Shown piece after piece: positions 25,613-39,373 of a stretch of 64,000 nt of DNA. Source of the DNA: Octopus sinensis (Eukaryota). Both the position numbers and the translations under genes were made by a program. The stretch spans positions 9,362,001-9,426,000 of the forward strand of contig NC_043025.1 in assembly GCF_006345805.1 (NCBI RefSeq), given 5' to 3'. How positions within the stretch are numbered: position 1 is the first letter of the stretch; each line of letters starts with the position of its first letter. The notes beneath the pieces were generated by a model, which was given only the letters and a program-made list of their open reading frames with translations, was not told where the DNA came from and made no database searches.

Positions 25613-26469
25613 ATATATATATACATATATGGTAAATGAAAGACGGAATATGGTGTATACGAGGTTCTTTTTTAATCTCCACAATTCTTTCGACACATCT
25701 AGCACCGATCCCTCAAGGGTGGAATACTTAACAATTGGTCCAGAAGCATCCGACAGTGCAGATGTGTCTCTTCAGGTGAAAAATAGACATAACTCGTCAA
25801 AATAACAGATCCGCAATCTGTCTTCTCACTTCGTGTAAAGACAAGCAGCGAATTAAAGGATATATCTTCATTTATGTAGAAGATCAATAATGAAATAGCA
25901 CAAGAGAAACGGACACGCAATACAGCGCGAAAAGTGTATAGATATGTACTGCCATATATCTTTGGAAACTGCATCTCGTAAAAAAAATTTGTTTCTCTTT
26001 TGGACCCCAAACTCGAACGTTTTGGGAAGACTGCTGCTTGATTAAATCGACCCCTGTGCTCAACTGGATCTAACGAAAGACAAAGCTGAGCACGAAATGA
26101 AGAAAGCCAGAAAGAAGCTATAAGTAGCAGTAAGTAAATATCGGTTTGGATATAAGTTGATGGCTCTCCTTGGGACTCGATCTCACATCTTCTGTTTAAC
26201 ATGACGACGAACTTTCTACCACTGGACTAGAGTAATCCGCTGCATTGCCTATCTACAAGAGATGTGAGATCGAATTACACAGGCAGCTTGAAACTTTTCT
26301 ATCCATAAGGGTTTTCCAACCCAATATATACATGCTATAATTTATAGTTGTATTTGTGCTTCGAGATCCACTATTGCACAAAAATACACTCTTCCAGAAA
26401 ACAATAAACACTTGTTCTACCAAAGTTTATAAATATTTATGATATCACAACACACACACCCACATGCAC

Positions 26470-26534
<65 letters not shown>

Positions 26535-26568
26535 CATGTGTGTACATACACACATATATATATATATT

Positions 26569-26602
<34 letters not shown>

Positions 26603-27117
26603 CAAAATGGGACAAGAACGCAAAACATCTAGACAGTTATGTGTTTCAAGAAAGGGACAACAAAACAGACGATACAAAGAAAACAAGGACAAGTCATTCG
26701 GAGTTTACTTTCTCAGTCGAGTTCCAGATTATCTTTGCAATTTCGACTGGTTATACTCAAGATTGCTCCAATCTGGCCAGCCCCAAGTAAAAACAAAGCA
26801 TTAGATTCCTTGGAAGAAAGCAGGGTATGTATACGAAAACAAGGACGGAAGAAATTGAGAATGTTACACAAATACAAAAAGCAGGACATAACATCAGGTG
26901 TCTTACGACTAAAGGACGAATTAAATTAAGCTGGCGTGTGTAGAAGTAAAGTCATATGGCAGGGGTACAAGATTTCACGGGCACAGGGCGGAATATACAT
27001 ACACCCATAGTATATAAAGAAATGTTTCTATATGCATATGTGTATGATCATCATGTTGATGTGCATTTCTCTACGGCCTGAAGTCAACTTTGGATCTCTA
27101 CTGTCCGCCAAATATTT

Positions 27118-27745
27118 CACCCAGAATACCCAACGATTCCGTTACCCTTCTCTCACAATCTACCCCTCTTCCCCTCTGCCCATTCTTTAAACCATTTCAT
27201 GGCCGGCTTCATTTCGTCAAATGTACCTTGTACACCCACTCCTTCCAATCTCCAATCCCTCTATCTGCGCTTCTTAACCTCATTTTCTCTCTTTCCCACG
27301 ATATTCTTCCTGTTTGTCCTCCTATGCATCGAGTCTCTGCCATGACAAAATTCTGAGATCAAATCTCTCAAGTAAATGATCTCAACGACAGGATGGGCGT
27401 CTGAAATATTTTGCAATAATTTAAACAATTTTAAATCGTGTTTTGTTGCACTTCCCTTAAGATTAACAACAAAAGAAATCTGATTGGGGATAAGATTACT
27501 GAGCAAATATTTGTATCTATCAGTTTACAATGATCATCATCATCATCATAATCATCATGATCATCATCATCATCGTTGGTGTGACTGTCGGATAAGAAGT
27601 TCGCTTCCCAATCACATGGTTACGGTTTCAGTCCTACAGTGTGGCACATTGGGCAAAAATGTTCAACTAGACATTTTATGCGACCAAAGCCTTGAGACTT
27701 GATTTGATGGACGGAAACTAAAATACGCTTGTCGTTGCATATACA
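27118..27745 (+). repeat. Third copy of the segment at 20340-20940(-) and 38650-39245(+)
   Basis: Same ORFs (MLSNLIPNQISFVVNLKG..., MGIRLLSKYLYLSVYNDHHH...) with a longer (CAT)n. Confidence 0.92.
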
Positions 27746-28007
27746 AATGTATACCTATATATAGGATTTTAGAATAGGCGACTGACCCTCACGAGATTAC
27801 ATTCGACGTTGCTGTGTTTCTGTCCTCAAAACTTAAGGGTCGGCCAAAAGTGACCGTTAGAATATGTAGGAGGCTTTAAGAAACTAAATACTGTGGTCGA
27901 TCAAACCTTCTGAAGATTCCTGATGACAGTGCCCTAGCATGGCCTCCACCTATTGAATAAAACAAATAAAAGATAAATGATACTTTTATATACACATATA
28001 TGCACAC

Positions 28008-28043
<36 letters not shown>

Positions 28044-28059
28044 CAATATATATTGATCA

Positions 28060-28103
<44 letters not shown>

Positions 28104-28929
28104 AAATTGAGGTAATCAGATCAGATGGTTCATATTTGTAGATATTTATTTATATATTACATTTTTTACATATATATCATATCATATCATTCGGATTTCG
28201 GATTAGCGCTTGCTCCCATTCTAGTGGACTTTTCAAATCAAATCAGTTGTGGGGAGTTTGAACCTTTTTATAGTTTCGTTGTAGTGGGTGAGGAGGAAGT
28301 GAGACAGAGAGAAAATATGTGTGTATGTGTATGTGTGTGAGTGTGTGTGTATATATGTGTGTGTGCGTGTGTGTGTGTGTGTGTGCGTTTATATCTGAGA
28401 GTGAAGAAGTGTTATTTCCGTTGGTCTGCTGGACCGCCTGTGGTTTTATAAGAACTTTGGCCGTCCATTTCGATGTCACTGAGTGTGTGTTGTGCGTAGG
28501 TTGGCCTGGCAAATGTCATTTGGGGTCACACTTTCTATGATCATTCTGTGGAGGTGTGTGTGTGTGTGTGTGTGTCTCTGTGTGTCCGTGTGTGTTTTTG
28601 TGTGCGTGCGTGTGTGTGTGTGTGTGTGTGTATGTGTGTGTGTGTGTCTGTGTGTTTGGAGAAGGGGAGAGAGACAAAAAGAGAAAAGGGAAAATAAAAA
28701 TAATAATAATAAAAATTAAAAAATAAAAAATATAGAAATATAAAAATAAAAAATAAAAAAATAAAATAAAAAATAAAAAATATAAAGAATAAATAAAAAT
28801 ATAAAAATAAAAAATAAAAAAATAAAAATAAAAATAAGGGAGGAAGTGGAGAAGAAAAAATATTTTTGTGTGTTGATATTTATACCAACACATATATATA
28901 CACAGACTTATACATAAAATATTTGAAAA

Positions 28930-29508
28930 AACCTTTTTATTGGTTCAAAATGAACAACCAAATTATACCATCTTGAAAGTTGTATATCATAGGAAAGTTA
29001 AAATTAAAGTGACAATTAAAAGGTAAAGATGGAAGTGAATTGTAAAGACAATAATATAATATGATGTATATAACAGGCAATACACACATCTACACACACA
29101 CAGATTTGTCCTTCAATGTATGTTGAGTAAAGTTTCAGCCATTTAATTTGGGGGAGAACTTAGCTATGAAATGTTTTTCCATATTCCTCCTGAAGGGGGT
29201 GTCATTCTTCGGACACTTGTAGAAGGGAAATATCTTAAATTTTCCTTCTCCACATGTAGCTAGGTGTGTGCTTAGTGGTATTTTGCGTAGTTCTTCCTGC
29301 CGAATATGTTGTCGGTGGATCCTGGCTCGCTGGCACAAAGAATTACCAGTTTCACCTACGTAATTCTCCTTGCACGTGGGGCAGGTTATGCAGTATATGA
29401 CGTTCTGCGTCTTGCAGTTCATATCTGCATTTACTTTGAATATGACACCATTTTTAAATCTTATCTCTCTGTTGCTCTCTATGTATTTGTAGGTGGGGTT
29501 GCTGCAGG

Positions 29509-29512
<4 letters not shown>
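28930..29512 (-). mobile_element. 5'-truncated Penelope-like element with an intact GIY-YIG endonuclease domain and 3' UTR
   Basis: Open 125 aa: NCKTQNVIYCITCPTCKENYVGETGNSLCQRARIHRQHIR..HLATC..EKHFIAKFSPKLN. The ATG arises at the (TA)n junction. AATAAA at about 28940. Confidence 0.9.
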
Positions 29513-29577
<65 letters not shown>

Positions 29578-29889
29578 AATTTATTTATTTATTTACTAAA
29601 ATAGCAATTGCTAGAATATAGATAAATGTATAACATATTATGCTTTACATATAAAATATATAAAGATACCAGTAACCCTCACCCATTTAGTACACTCGGT
29701 AACGTAATTGCAATGCAATAAAAAACACTTGTGTATTACTAGTTGGGTTTTCTACCAGCAGTATATTGGATAGATATTATCCCTCAGTGGGTTAGATTCA
29801 CAAACTCTAACTTTCTGGGAATATATATATATATGTGTGTGTGCGTGTGTGCGTGTGTACATATATATATGTATATATATATACATATT

Positions 29890-29947
<58 letters not shown>

Positions 29948-29957
29948 CATATATACG

Positions 29958-30005
<48 letters not shown>

Positions 30006-30169
30006 AAGTAGATAAATGAATTATCTTATTACGGATAATTCAAATGATAACCGATACCTGGGTAGCAAAAATCACAACAGAAAAAGCAGCCTTCGAAACA
30101 TATGTAGAAAATAATATAAAGGAATTTTGTTAAATCTTCGTTCAGCTCCATTTCTTCCTACACTTAATA

Positions 30170-30452
30170 TATAATCTTTCTGTTTCCGTCAACCAAATCC
30201 ACTTGGTCGACCCGAGGCTATAGTAGAAGACACTTGCGCAAAGTGTAACGCAGTGGGACTGAATCCGTAACCATGTGGTTGGTAAGCAAACTACTTACCA
30301 CACCATACTTATATATAGGTATGTACACGTATATATATATATATATATATATATATACTTACCACACCATACTTATATATAGGTATGTACACGTATATAT
30401 ATATATATATATATATACGTGTACATACCTATATATAAGTATGGTGTGGTAA

Positions 30453-30488
<36 letters not shown>

Positions 30489-30647
30489 GTGTACATACCT
30501 ATATATAAGTATGGTGTGGTAAGTAGTTTGCTTACCAACCACATGGTTACGGATTCAGTCCCACTGCGTTACACTTTGCGCAAGTGTCTTCTACTATAGC
30601 CTCGGGTCGACCAAGTGGATTTGGTTGACGGAAACAGAAAGATTATA
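30170..30647. repeat. Perfect 478-bp palindrome centred on (TA)n, containing SINE B halves
   Basis: The arms appear identical by eye. A unit of about 63 bp is duplicated within each arm. Confidence 0.95.
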
Positions 30648-30815
30648 GTTTCGATTCTTGGACCGGGTGATGTGTTGTGTGCTTGAGCAAAACACTTCAT
30701 TTCACGTTGCTCCAGTCCACTCAGCTGGCAAAAATGAGTAATCCTGCGGCGGTTCTGCGTCCAGTCCAGGGGAGAAGTATATACACGCCACTAAAACCGG
30801 GAAACTGAGCCTCAT
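30648..30815 (+). mobile_element. SINE with a Nin/Deu-domain-like core
   Basis: ttcgattcttggaccgg..gagcaaaacacttcatttcacgttgctccagtccactcagctgg..cgtccagtccagggg..aaaccggga resembles Nin/Deu-SINE cores (recalled consensus). Confidence 0.5.
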
Positions 30816-30871
30816 ATTATTTATAATATTATATGATCGAACGCCACGCATCCTTTTCCAAGTAAGTTTTA

Positions 30872-30915
<44 letters not shown>

Positions 30916-31041
30916 TAAATTAGAGACAAAACCACTATTAGGCAAATCAAACAATGAAAAACTTAAGCCAATACATAAGATTATTTGATTTATATTATTT
31001 AGATATATAACAAAATTATTAAAAAAATATAATTAATATCA

Positions 31042-31105
31042 CACTACGATCGTTTCATGCCTGCTAACTTCTTCAAATTTTTGAGTCGCAGTCATTCATC
31101 AGGTG
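31042..31105 (-). ncRNA. Type I hammerhead ribozyme, canonical core, in a PLE pLTR-like repeat
   Basis: cac CTGATGA atgactgc..gcaggcat GAA AC gatc GT A gtg. Stem I is cac/gtg, stem III is the palindrome ACGATCGT, and the cleavage triplet is GUA. Confidence 0.85.
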
Positions 31106-32731
31106 GTTTAAATATCTAAAATATAATCAATATTTTTAAGATATAAATAATATATATAATATAATAATTTTACTTATAATAAACTCTATTATTAAATATG
31201 ATTATATCTAAATCGACTATAATGTTAAATATTAACTTTAATTTATAAGGTAGAAAACCCATAATCTAATATCAATATTAGTCTATATCTAATTACATAA
31301 ATATTTAAAATGACTAATATATAAATTATCAATGACAATATATATAAATATTATAATCAAGACCTAAAATAATCTCTATAAATAATTGTATATAATGAAA
31401 ACCTAATAAATTTAATTTTTCATATTTAAAGATGAAATAGCTAATTTCAAAATACAAATAAACTAACTTAAACGGACTTTCAAAATCTTATGTAAAATAC
31501 TTATAGAAATATTCAATTCTTAGTAATATAGTATCAAATATATACTATAAGTACTATAAATATAATTATGAATGGGAATAATTATCTAATATAAATTATG
31601 CTATTAAATTAGACATGGCCTAGACCAATCTTTAGTCGAAACATATCTAATTTTATCAAAGCTTATCTAATTTATTTAATATCTAATAACATAGAAAATT
31701 ACGATAATTAGATCATTACATAAACAACGATATTTACATAAAGAGAATATTATTACTCCAAAGGCTTATACAATATTAAAATTTACAATTTGAAGATCTT
31801 AAAAAGATACATACTTATCTTGGCGAGGTTTAAACAATGAACTAAAATTTTGAATCAAAAAACGTCTTATACAGCGTTTATAAGAATACTCAGGGAATTA
31901 CGTTATTAGCAAAAAAAAAAGAATAAATTGTTGAAGAATTCATTACGCGTGAGGAACCTACGTTTATTAAAGATTATGAATGGAAAATTATATGTTTATC
32001 ATTGTAAAAAGAATGAATTCGCAAAAAAAGAATAAAATCTCTCTATACTATAATATTTATTAATAAAATAACTATGATAAATGAAACTTAATACAAAATA
32101 AATTAAATGATTAAAAACCACTTACTATTAAATATATTCTAAAAATCTAATAAGATTAATAAATACAAAAAATTAATTTATATAGTAACCCCACTAAATA
32201 TTATAAATTCTTTCCCATACCCTTATAAGCTAAAATTAGTGATCATAACATATCTATATATACTAATCAAAATTTGTAGTATAACTATACATACGTATAC
32301 ATAAATATATAAGAAAATATCCATACATATACACATATATATAAGAAATATCCATACATATACATATATATATATATACATATATACACATATACACATA
32401 TACATACATATACATATACATACACATATACACATACATACACACGTGCATTTATATACATATATACACACATATATACACACACTTACACCCATACACA
32501 TATGCACACTCATACATACATGTACTTACATACAATACTCAATATATACACTTACACCAATATATACACACCCACACACATACAAATAAATAAATGTATA
32601 TACATATATATATATATATACACACACACATCATCAAATACAGATATATACAAACACACACATCCACATATATTATAAATATATAGATATATAAATGTCT
32701 TGGATGTATTCCCTAATATTTATTATTAATT

Positions 32732-32754
<23 letters not shown>

Positions 32755-32767
<13 letters not shown>

Positions 32768-33763
32768 AAACTGAGAATGTGTTCTGTCTGTCTGTCTGTC
32801 TGTCTGTGTGTTTCCCTAAAACTTGAGAACTACACAACCAATTTCATTCAAATTTTACACATGCCTTACTTAGGGTCCGGGGAGTGTCATCGGCAAAAAA
32901 ATTTAACTTTTTACCAAGGGCGAGACCACAGCAATATAATATCTTCTCCACTACGATTCCCTAAAACTTGAGAACTGCACAACCAATTTCATTCAAATTT
33001 TACACATGCCTTACTTAGGGTCCATGTAGTTTCATGGGCAAAAAAATGTTCAACTTCTTACCTAGGGCGAGCCCATAGCAATATCATATCTTCTCCACTA
33101 TTTCAGTATAATGTGTTAAAAGTGAAACAAAAACATTTCTCTATTTTATGTCAGATACTTTCACTTTAACAATAAAAATTAGAGATAATAGTAACAATTG
33201 AATTATATGTAGTAAGTAATAATTAAAATCAAACTAAAGTATAATATAATCGTAACATAAGAAAAGTAAAAATAGCAATTGGTATAAAATTGCATCAATG
33301 ACTCGAAGTTGAATAAGTGGTTTCACATGAATGGGAATAAATTTAAAATAAAATTAGCGTGCAGAAATGGAATAGCCCATATGGAGGTGTGCACATACCT
33401 CGACTCGAACCTTGCAAAGTGGAAATATTCTATTTTTACCTTTGTATCTGGGACGTAGGACGTACCGGATAAAAATTCAAAATGTCCCCCCAGAAGTAGA
33501 GGTAGGCTGGATTGTAGCCACACCTCTATACAAGAGGGAAGACAAGATACAATTGATCGAAATTGCAAGAGACGGGCCTACAATTCCAGTCTGTTATATA
33601 TTTTGAGTATTGTTATCACTAGCGATATCAAGATATAACTTTGTATTTTGTATTTTATGTGTAGATGTATATATATAGATGTACATGTAATATGTACATA
33701 TATATATAAACATATATACATGCACAAGCACTATGACCCGGCAACGACGGGTCATAATGCTAG
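32755..33763 (+). mobile_element. Non-autonomous Helitron carrying a captured coding fragment
   Basis: 5' tatataaaactgag..(GTCT)n with an internal duplication of about 90 bp. 3' hairpin atgacccg-gcaacga-cgggtcat followed by aatgCTAG. Confidence 0.75.
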
Positions 33764-33789
33764 AACATATTATATATATATATATATAT

Positions 33790-34150
33790 ATATACATCAA
33801 TGGGCTTCTTTTAGTTTCCATCAACAAAATTCACTTACAAGGCTTTGGTCTGCTCGAGGCTATAAGAGGTTCCACACAGTAGGACTGAACCCGGAACCAT
33901 GTGTTTTAGAAGCAAATGGACTTTGGTCTACAAACACGGAAAGGTTTTTAATCATCGTCAATGAGATGGATTACAATTTCTCAAAATATATTACAAGCAA
34001 CATTCACAATGAAATAGATATATAAATAAATAAATAGTTATTGAGAAAGAAGAGACGTTTTTAGAGTCACGACAGAGTTATAAACGACGCAATTATTAAA
34101 TAATTGTAAGTTCCGGGCAAGTTGACAATGTGTAACTTTATCGGCTGATT
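33790..34150 (-). repeat. Paralogous block A' (inverted copy of 15470-15775)
   Basis: Direct reverse-complement match. Confidence 0.85.
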
Positions 34151-34289
34151 ATGTTTACTTCCTGTATACAGGTGTACAGATAAACATGTATAAGTAAAGC
34201 TATACTTATACAGGTGTGCAGGTATAGTTTTACATGTGTGTGTGTATTTTTTGGTATTTTGTTCTGTACTTAATGTGTATCTTTTACAT

Positions 34290-34310
34290 ATATCTATCTA
34301 TCAATCTATC

Positions 34311-34341
<31 letters not shown>

Positions 34342-34395
34342 CTATCTATTTATCTATCTATCTCTCTGCTCTCTCTCTTTCTCTCTCTCTCTCTT

Positions 34396-34430
<35 letters not shown>

Positions 34431-34431
34431 C

Positions 34432-34479
<48 letters not shown>

Positions 34480-34644
34480 ATATATATATAATATATATAT
34501 ATATATAGAGAGAGGAGAGAGAGAGAGAGAGAGAGAGAGTGAGTGAGAAAGGGTGTCTGTATACATATATACAAGTTGACAAGTTGTGGTGCACCTGAGT
34601 ACTGTATACAATAATTTCATCATCATCATTATTATTATTATTAA

Positions 34645-34692
<48 letters not shown>

Positions 34693-34705
34693 GAGTGTGT
34701 GTGTG
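34290..34705. repeat. Compound microsatellite (TATC/CT/TA/GA/ATT)
   Basis: Seen directly. Confidence 0.95.
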
Positions 34706-35649
34706 TAAAATGTTAGAGAAAGAAACCCACCTGTTTCTTGCAATACATACCAATACATGCATCTAAAGGAAAATATTTTCAGGGCCCTTAAATAACTCTT
34801 GTGAATCTCTAATCTATTATTTTCTTGCGTAGACCCCTAAAAATCTTATACAGACTCCGGTTGAGAACCACCCACCTGACCCATCCGTATCTAATACCCT
34901 GGCTACCGATTCCCGATTGCTCAACTGGAATGATTCCATGAATCCATTTTTAAAAGCTTCGTATTTCTGTGAATAGCTGATGGTCTGCTTAGGATATGTC
35001 TGGCACCCACCTTCTTCTTGTGTCCTTATCCAGGGTTGCTGTTACATAAGAATACTTCATCAGGACCGAAGTGATGTTTCTGATGTTGAACTGCGCCGCG
35101 AATTGTGCGAACCACGATTGTGCGGCTCTCAGTGCGACGGTGTTCGCGCATGACATGATGGCGTGTTTGTGTGTTTTCTTTTCACTTCGGTGAGTTGCTG
35201 GGGGTCAACACTTAGAGCTTTCGTTAAAGCTATGCGTAAAAATAACTACAAACGGCCACGAATTGTTATTGTGTGTTATGCAATGTACAAAGGGAGAGGA
35301 AAGATCCTCCCGGTCTGGTTTATCGCCTAACTGGAAGTCGCTTCTCTGCGAACTAATTCAATAACTTTTATTTTTATAAATTTTAATTTTATTAGGACTT
35401 TTAAACACAAGAAAACAGGAAAGAAGAGTGATAAGAATAAGAAAGAAAAGGAAAGAGCAGGGGATAGAGCCGTAGGTGTTAGGGCGATGGAGCACAACCG
35501 AAAATAAATTCTTCAATAACAAGTCCGCAGTTATAGTGCTCGTCTTCCAGTTTCTCCTTTGCTATTTCACGGCCACTGTCCCACGTAATGCAGATTTAAG
35601 TCACCCCGTATAACCCTCTGGTAACTTTTTCTTCTTTTTTTTTTTTTAG

Positions 35650-36025
35650 AATTTCCTGAAAATTTTTGCGATCTTTTGTTCTACACACGAGATAACGTAC
35701 GGTTATGGTGATGGGGACGTGTATGTGATTTGAGGGCGAGTTATTTGGGTTTTTAGCACATCTCACGACCATCTGATACCTTACTCATGTCTTTGTCATT
35801 CTTGCATGTCTGGATGTTTTTCAATATTTCTTTTCCTCATAAACACATTTACTACAATGGTGATGCACCCAATTTCGGCCTGCATGTAATTTAAACACTG
35901 ATTTTTAAAAAAATATTCCAAAAAGTATAACTTTTAGGATTTATGAGGGAGGGATAAAATATGTTTTTTTGTATAATCGTATGAATTCTCGTGTGTAGAC
36001 CACAAATTCGCAAAAAGTTTTCTAA
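35650..36025. mobile_element. MITE-like element with imperfect TIRs
   Basis: gaaaatttttgcgatcttttgttctacacacgaga ... tctcgtgtgtagaccacaaattcgcaaaaagttttc. Confidence 0.6.
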
Positions 36026-38516
36026 AACTTCCCAAAAATATTAAAAGACATGAGGTTGTATGGGGTGCTTAAACAAGAATTGCGCTCAATTATTGCATTA
36101 TTTCTATCAGTTAGATTGCAGTCATTCATAAAGTATCAACAGAATAGATTTGAAAAGGTAGGAGATAATTCTATGAAGCGGCTTTCAGATGAAGTTCAAG
36201 TGCCAAGCAATCTACCCTTCTCGCTTCACTCCTATTCTCCTGCTGCAGCTGCTGCTGCTGTAGCTGTTGCTGCAGTTGCTGCTGAGCGAACGGTCTTCGT
36301 CCCATTAGAGGGAGAAGTCCGAAACGTGGTCCTTTGCTATTCGTAAGACCCGTTGAAGAGAAAGCAGGTCAACCCCCGACACCGAGAGCATCGACGGATG
36401 GATGAATGCGCTTCCAGGCTCAGCGGTTGCGTAGGAAGTCGGGGACAAGAAACAGGAAGACAGAGTGAGAGAAAGTTGGGGAGAAAGAGTACAACAGGGG
36501 TCGCCACCTCCCGCGGCCGGAGTCTCGTGGAGCTTTAGGTGTTTTCGCTCAATAAACACACACAACGCCCGGTCTGGGAATGGAAACAGCTGCTACTGCT
36601 GCTGTTGTCGGTGGTGTCATGGCAATTAATTCTGAGCATGGGGCCGGTTGTTCTGCCGGTGCTGGTGAGGTCACCATCTCGGGCCGTAGTGCTGGTGTTG
36701 GTGCTGCAGTCGTAAATGTCGGTGTTGGGGTTTCTGCCGCCTAATGCTTTGCTCCCGATGTCGCGCTCGCTCTTGCTATTTCTGTCGTTGTTGGGTGAGC
36801 TGTTGCTGCTATTACTCAGGGTGGTAGGGCCGGGTACCACCACAGCCTCATACACGACACTGTCAGCCTCATGTTTCCCTCCCCACCCACTCGGCAGCCA
36901 TTGTGGTTCAAGAATGAGCAACCAGCCTCTACCCACGTTTCAGGGTCGTTTGCCAATATACTTATCATGTGCCTAAGGGCACACCGTTTGTTCAAAAGGC
37001 ACAACTTAAGGACAGATATTAGGGGAAGTGAAATCTACATGGACCCTTGATAATTGTTGGTTACAGTTGCTACTCTTCCCCTCCAACAGGCGGGATCTCC
37101 TTCTCTTCTAGCATATATCTGATCCCCCTCGACCCATTCTTGACCCACAAATTTCTCTCGCCACACCCTATAGTATTCCTTATTTACTGTCTTCTTGCAC
37201 ACCAACTTTGATATTTACAATATATTTTTGTGTCTGTATATTATTCCGACCTAACGAGGTGCCTCAATTTCAGACCTGATTCAACTGAATATTTCTTATA
37301 TCTTGTGCGTTTACGTGAGTGTGTGTGTGTGAGTGTGTGTGAGTGAGTGTGTAGGTGTATGTGAATGTATATATGTATGTACGTATATAGAGGCCGAAGA
37401 TAATGCCGTGGACGTAAGGGATAATTTATTAAACGTATCGCTACACACGGAGATTTTATCTGTTAATCATTTAATTGTTATATGTGCTGTTCAAATTGCT
37501 TCCATTTCGTTTCATAGCACATTTCCATTCTGTACGTGCAGCATTCATAAACAATGCGGAGGGGTTCCTTTCTTTTTTACTGCATTCATTTTCAATTCCT
37601 TCTTTAAGTTTCTCCATATTTCTACGAAACTTCTGATAAACAACTGATTTCAAATGGCCCCCACAGATAAAACCCAAGGGCGTGAGGTCTGGTTACTCTT
37701 GTGGTCACTCACAGGATCTCTCCCACCTTTCCATTTGTTAGGGTATAGCTTTGTTAAGCTATGCACACTCAAACTACTAGAGACGAGAATGCATTTACCA
37801 AAAGGTTTATTACTTGACGTACATCAAGGCTTAAGTCGCTAGTTATTTCTGTTCAGTTAATTTAGGTTCGTTTAACTCTCACTGCTGACATTTCTTTTGT
37901 TCTTCTCCCAGCGGAAGTCCCTTTTTGCTGTTGACCAACTTCCTAGGTTGCCCGCAGCGAAGTTCCTGTCTACAGTCCATCTGTCATGAATCCTGCCCTA
38001 CAAGGAAAATGTTTATTTTGGAAGTCAAGAACCAACAAACCAAACTGTGATGGCGCTCCATCCTGTTCAAAGAACATGATCGTTTTTTATTTTTGCTTCT
38101 TCGTCGATTTTTGGGAGTATGTTTCTAAAAATTTCTCAAACAACTGCTGTTGATATCGGATCATCTGCACATTTCGGTCTGATAATTCGACAGTGGACAG
38201 TGACACCACCAGCTCCTTTAATTAAACGTCCAACAGTTGACCCATCAATTGGAAGTCGGTGTGCCTTCTGCCTATTGAATTCCTCACCAATAGATCTGGA
38301 TTAGTTCCTCCTTTGCCATACATGAACACAAAGGTAACTCGTTTATCCTTCGTTATCTTTCTCACACATCTTATTTCGTCAAAATCCTTTCAGCAACCAA
38401 GAAAATATCAGAGCAAATTAAACATTTCAAACATTATGAATTAAATCTTGTATATGAGTGTTTATCTGTCAGTCTGTCTGTCCATCTCTTTAGCTCTCAG
38501 TCAATCTGTCTATCTC

Positions 38517-38558
<42 letters not shown>

Positions 38559-39317
38559 AGTCGGTCTCTCCATATAAAAATCAATCTGTCTGTTTATCTA
38601 TTTGTATGTTTCATTATCTCTCGTGAACCCTAACCCCTAAACACTGCTCCCAGTATACCCAACGATGCCGTCACCCTCCTCTCACAATCTACCTCTCTTC
38701 CCTTCAGCCCCTTCTTTAAACCTTTTCATGGCCGGCTTCATTTCGTCAAATGTACCTTGTACACCCACTCCTTCCAATCTCCAATCCCTCTATCTGCGCT
38801 TCTTAACCTCATTTTCTCTCTTTCCCACGATATTCTTCCTGTTTGTCCTCCTATGCATCGAGTCTCTGCCATGACAAAATTCTGAGATCAAATCTCTCAA
38901 GTAAATGATCTCAACGACAGGATGGGGGTCTGAAATATTTTGCAATAATTTAAACAATTTTAAATCGTGTTTTGTTGCACTTCCCTTAAGATTAACAACA
39001 AAAGAAATCTGATTGGGGATAAGATTACTGAGCAAATATTTGTATCTATCAGTTTACAATGATCATCATCATCATCATCGTTGGCGTGACTGTCGGATAA
39101 GAAGTTCGCTTCCCAATCACATGGTTACGGTTTCAGTCCTACAGTGTGGCACATTGGGCAAGAATGTTCTTCTAGACATTTTAGGCGACCAAAGCCTTGA
39201 GACTTGATTTGATGCACGGAAACTAAAAGAAGCCTGTCGTTGCATATTTTAATATGTATTTATGTGAGTTCACTACGCATGACAATCGATGTTGCTCCGT
39301 AAAAAAAAAATAGAGAA

Positions 39318-39373
39318 ATCTAACAGCTGTTTCTGGGATTACTGAAAATTTGGGGTATCCCATCATCGGAGAC
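39318..39373 (-). ncRNA. Minimal type I hammerhead-like motif, C4 variant
   Basis: tct CCGATGA tgggatac..gtaatccca GAA ACAG CTGT T aga. Stem III is the palindrome ACAGCTGT. Confidence 0.7.

Noticed and set aside
26170-26240. tRNA-like A/B boxes on the minus strand
   Set aside because: No cloverleaf can be formed. It is probably a decayed SINE head, not a tRNA gene.
31740-31980. Frames extended if TGA is read as Trp (possible organellar or endosymbiont insert)
   Set aside because: TAA/TAG stops remain and no recognisable protein emerges. This is expected by chance at this AT content.
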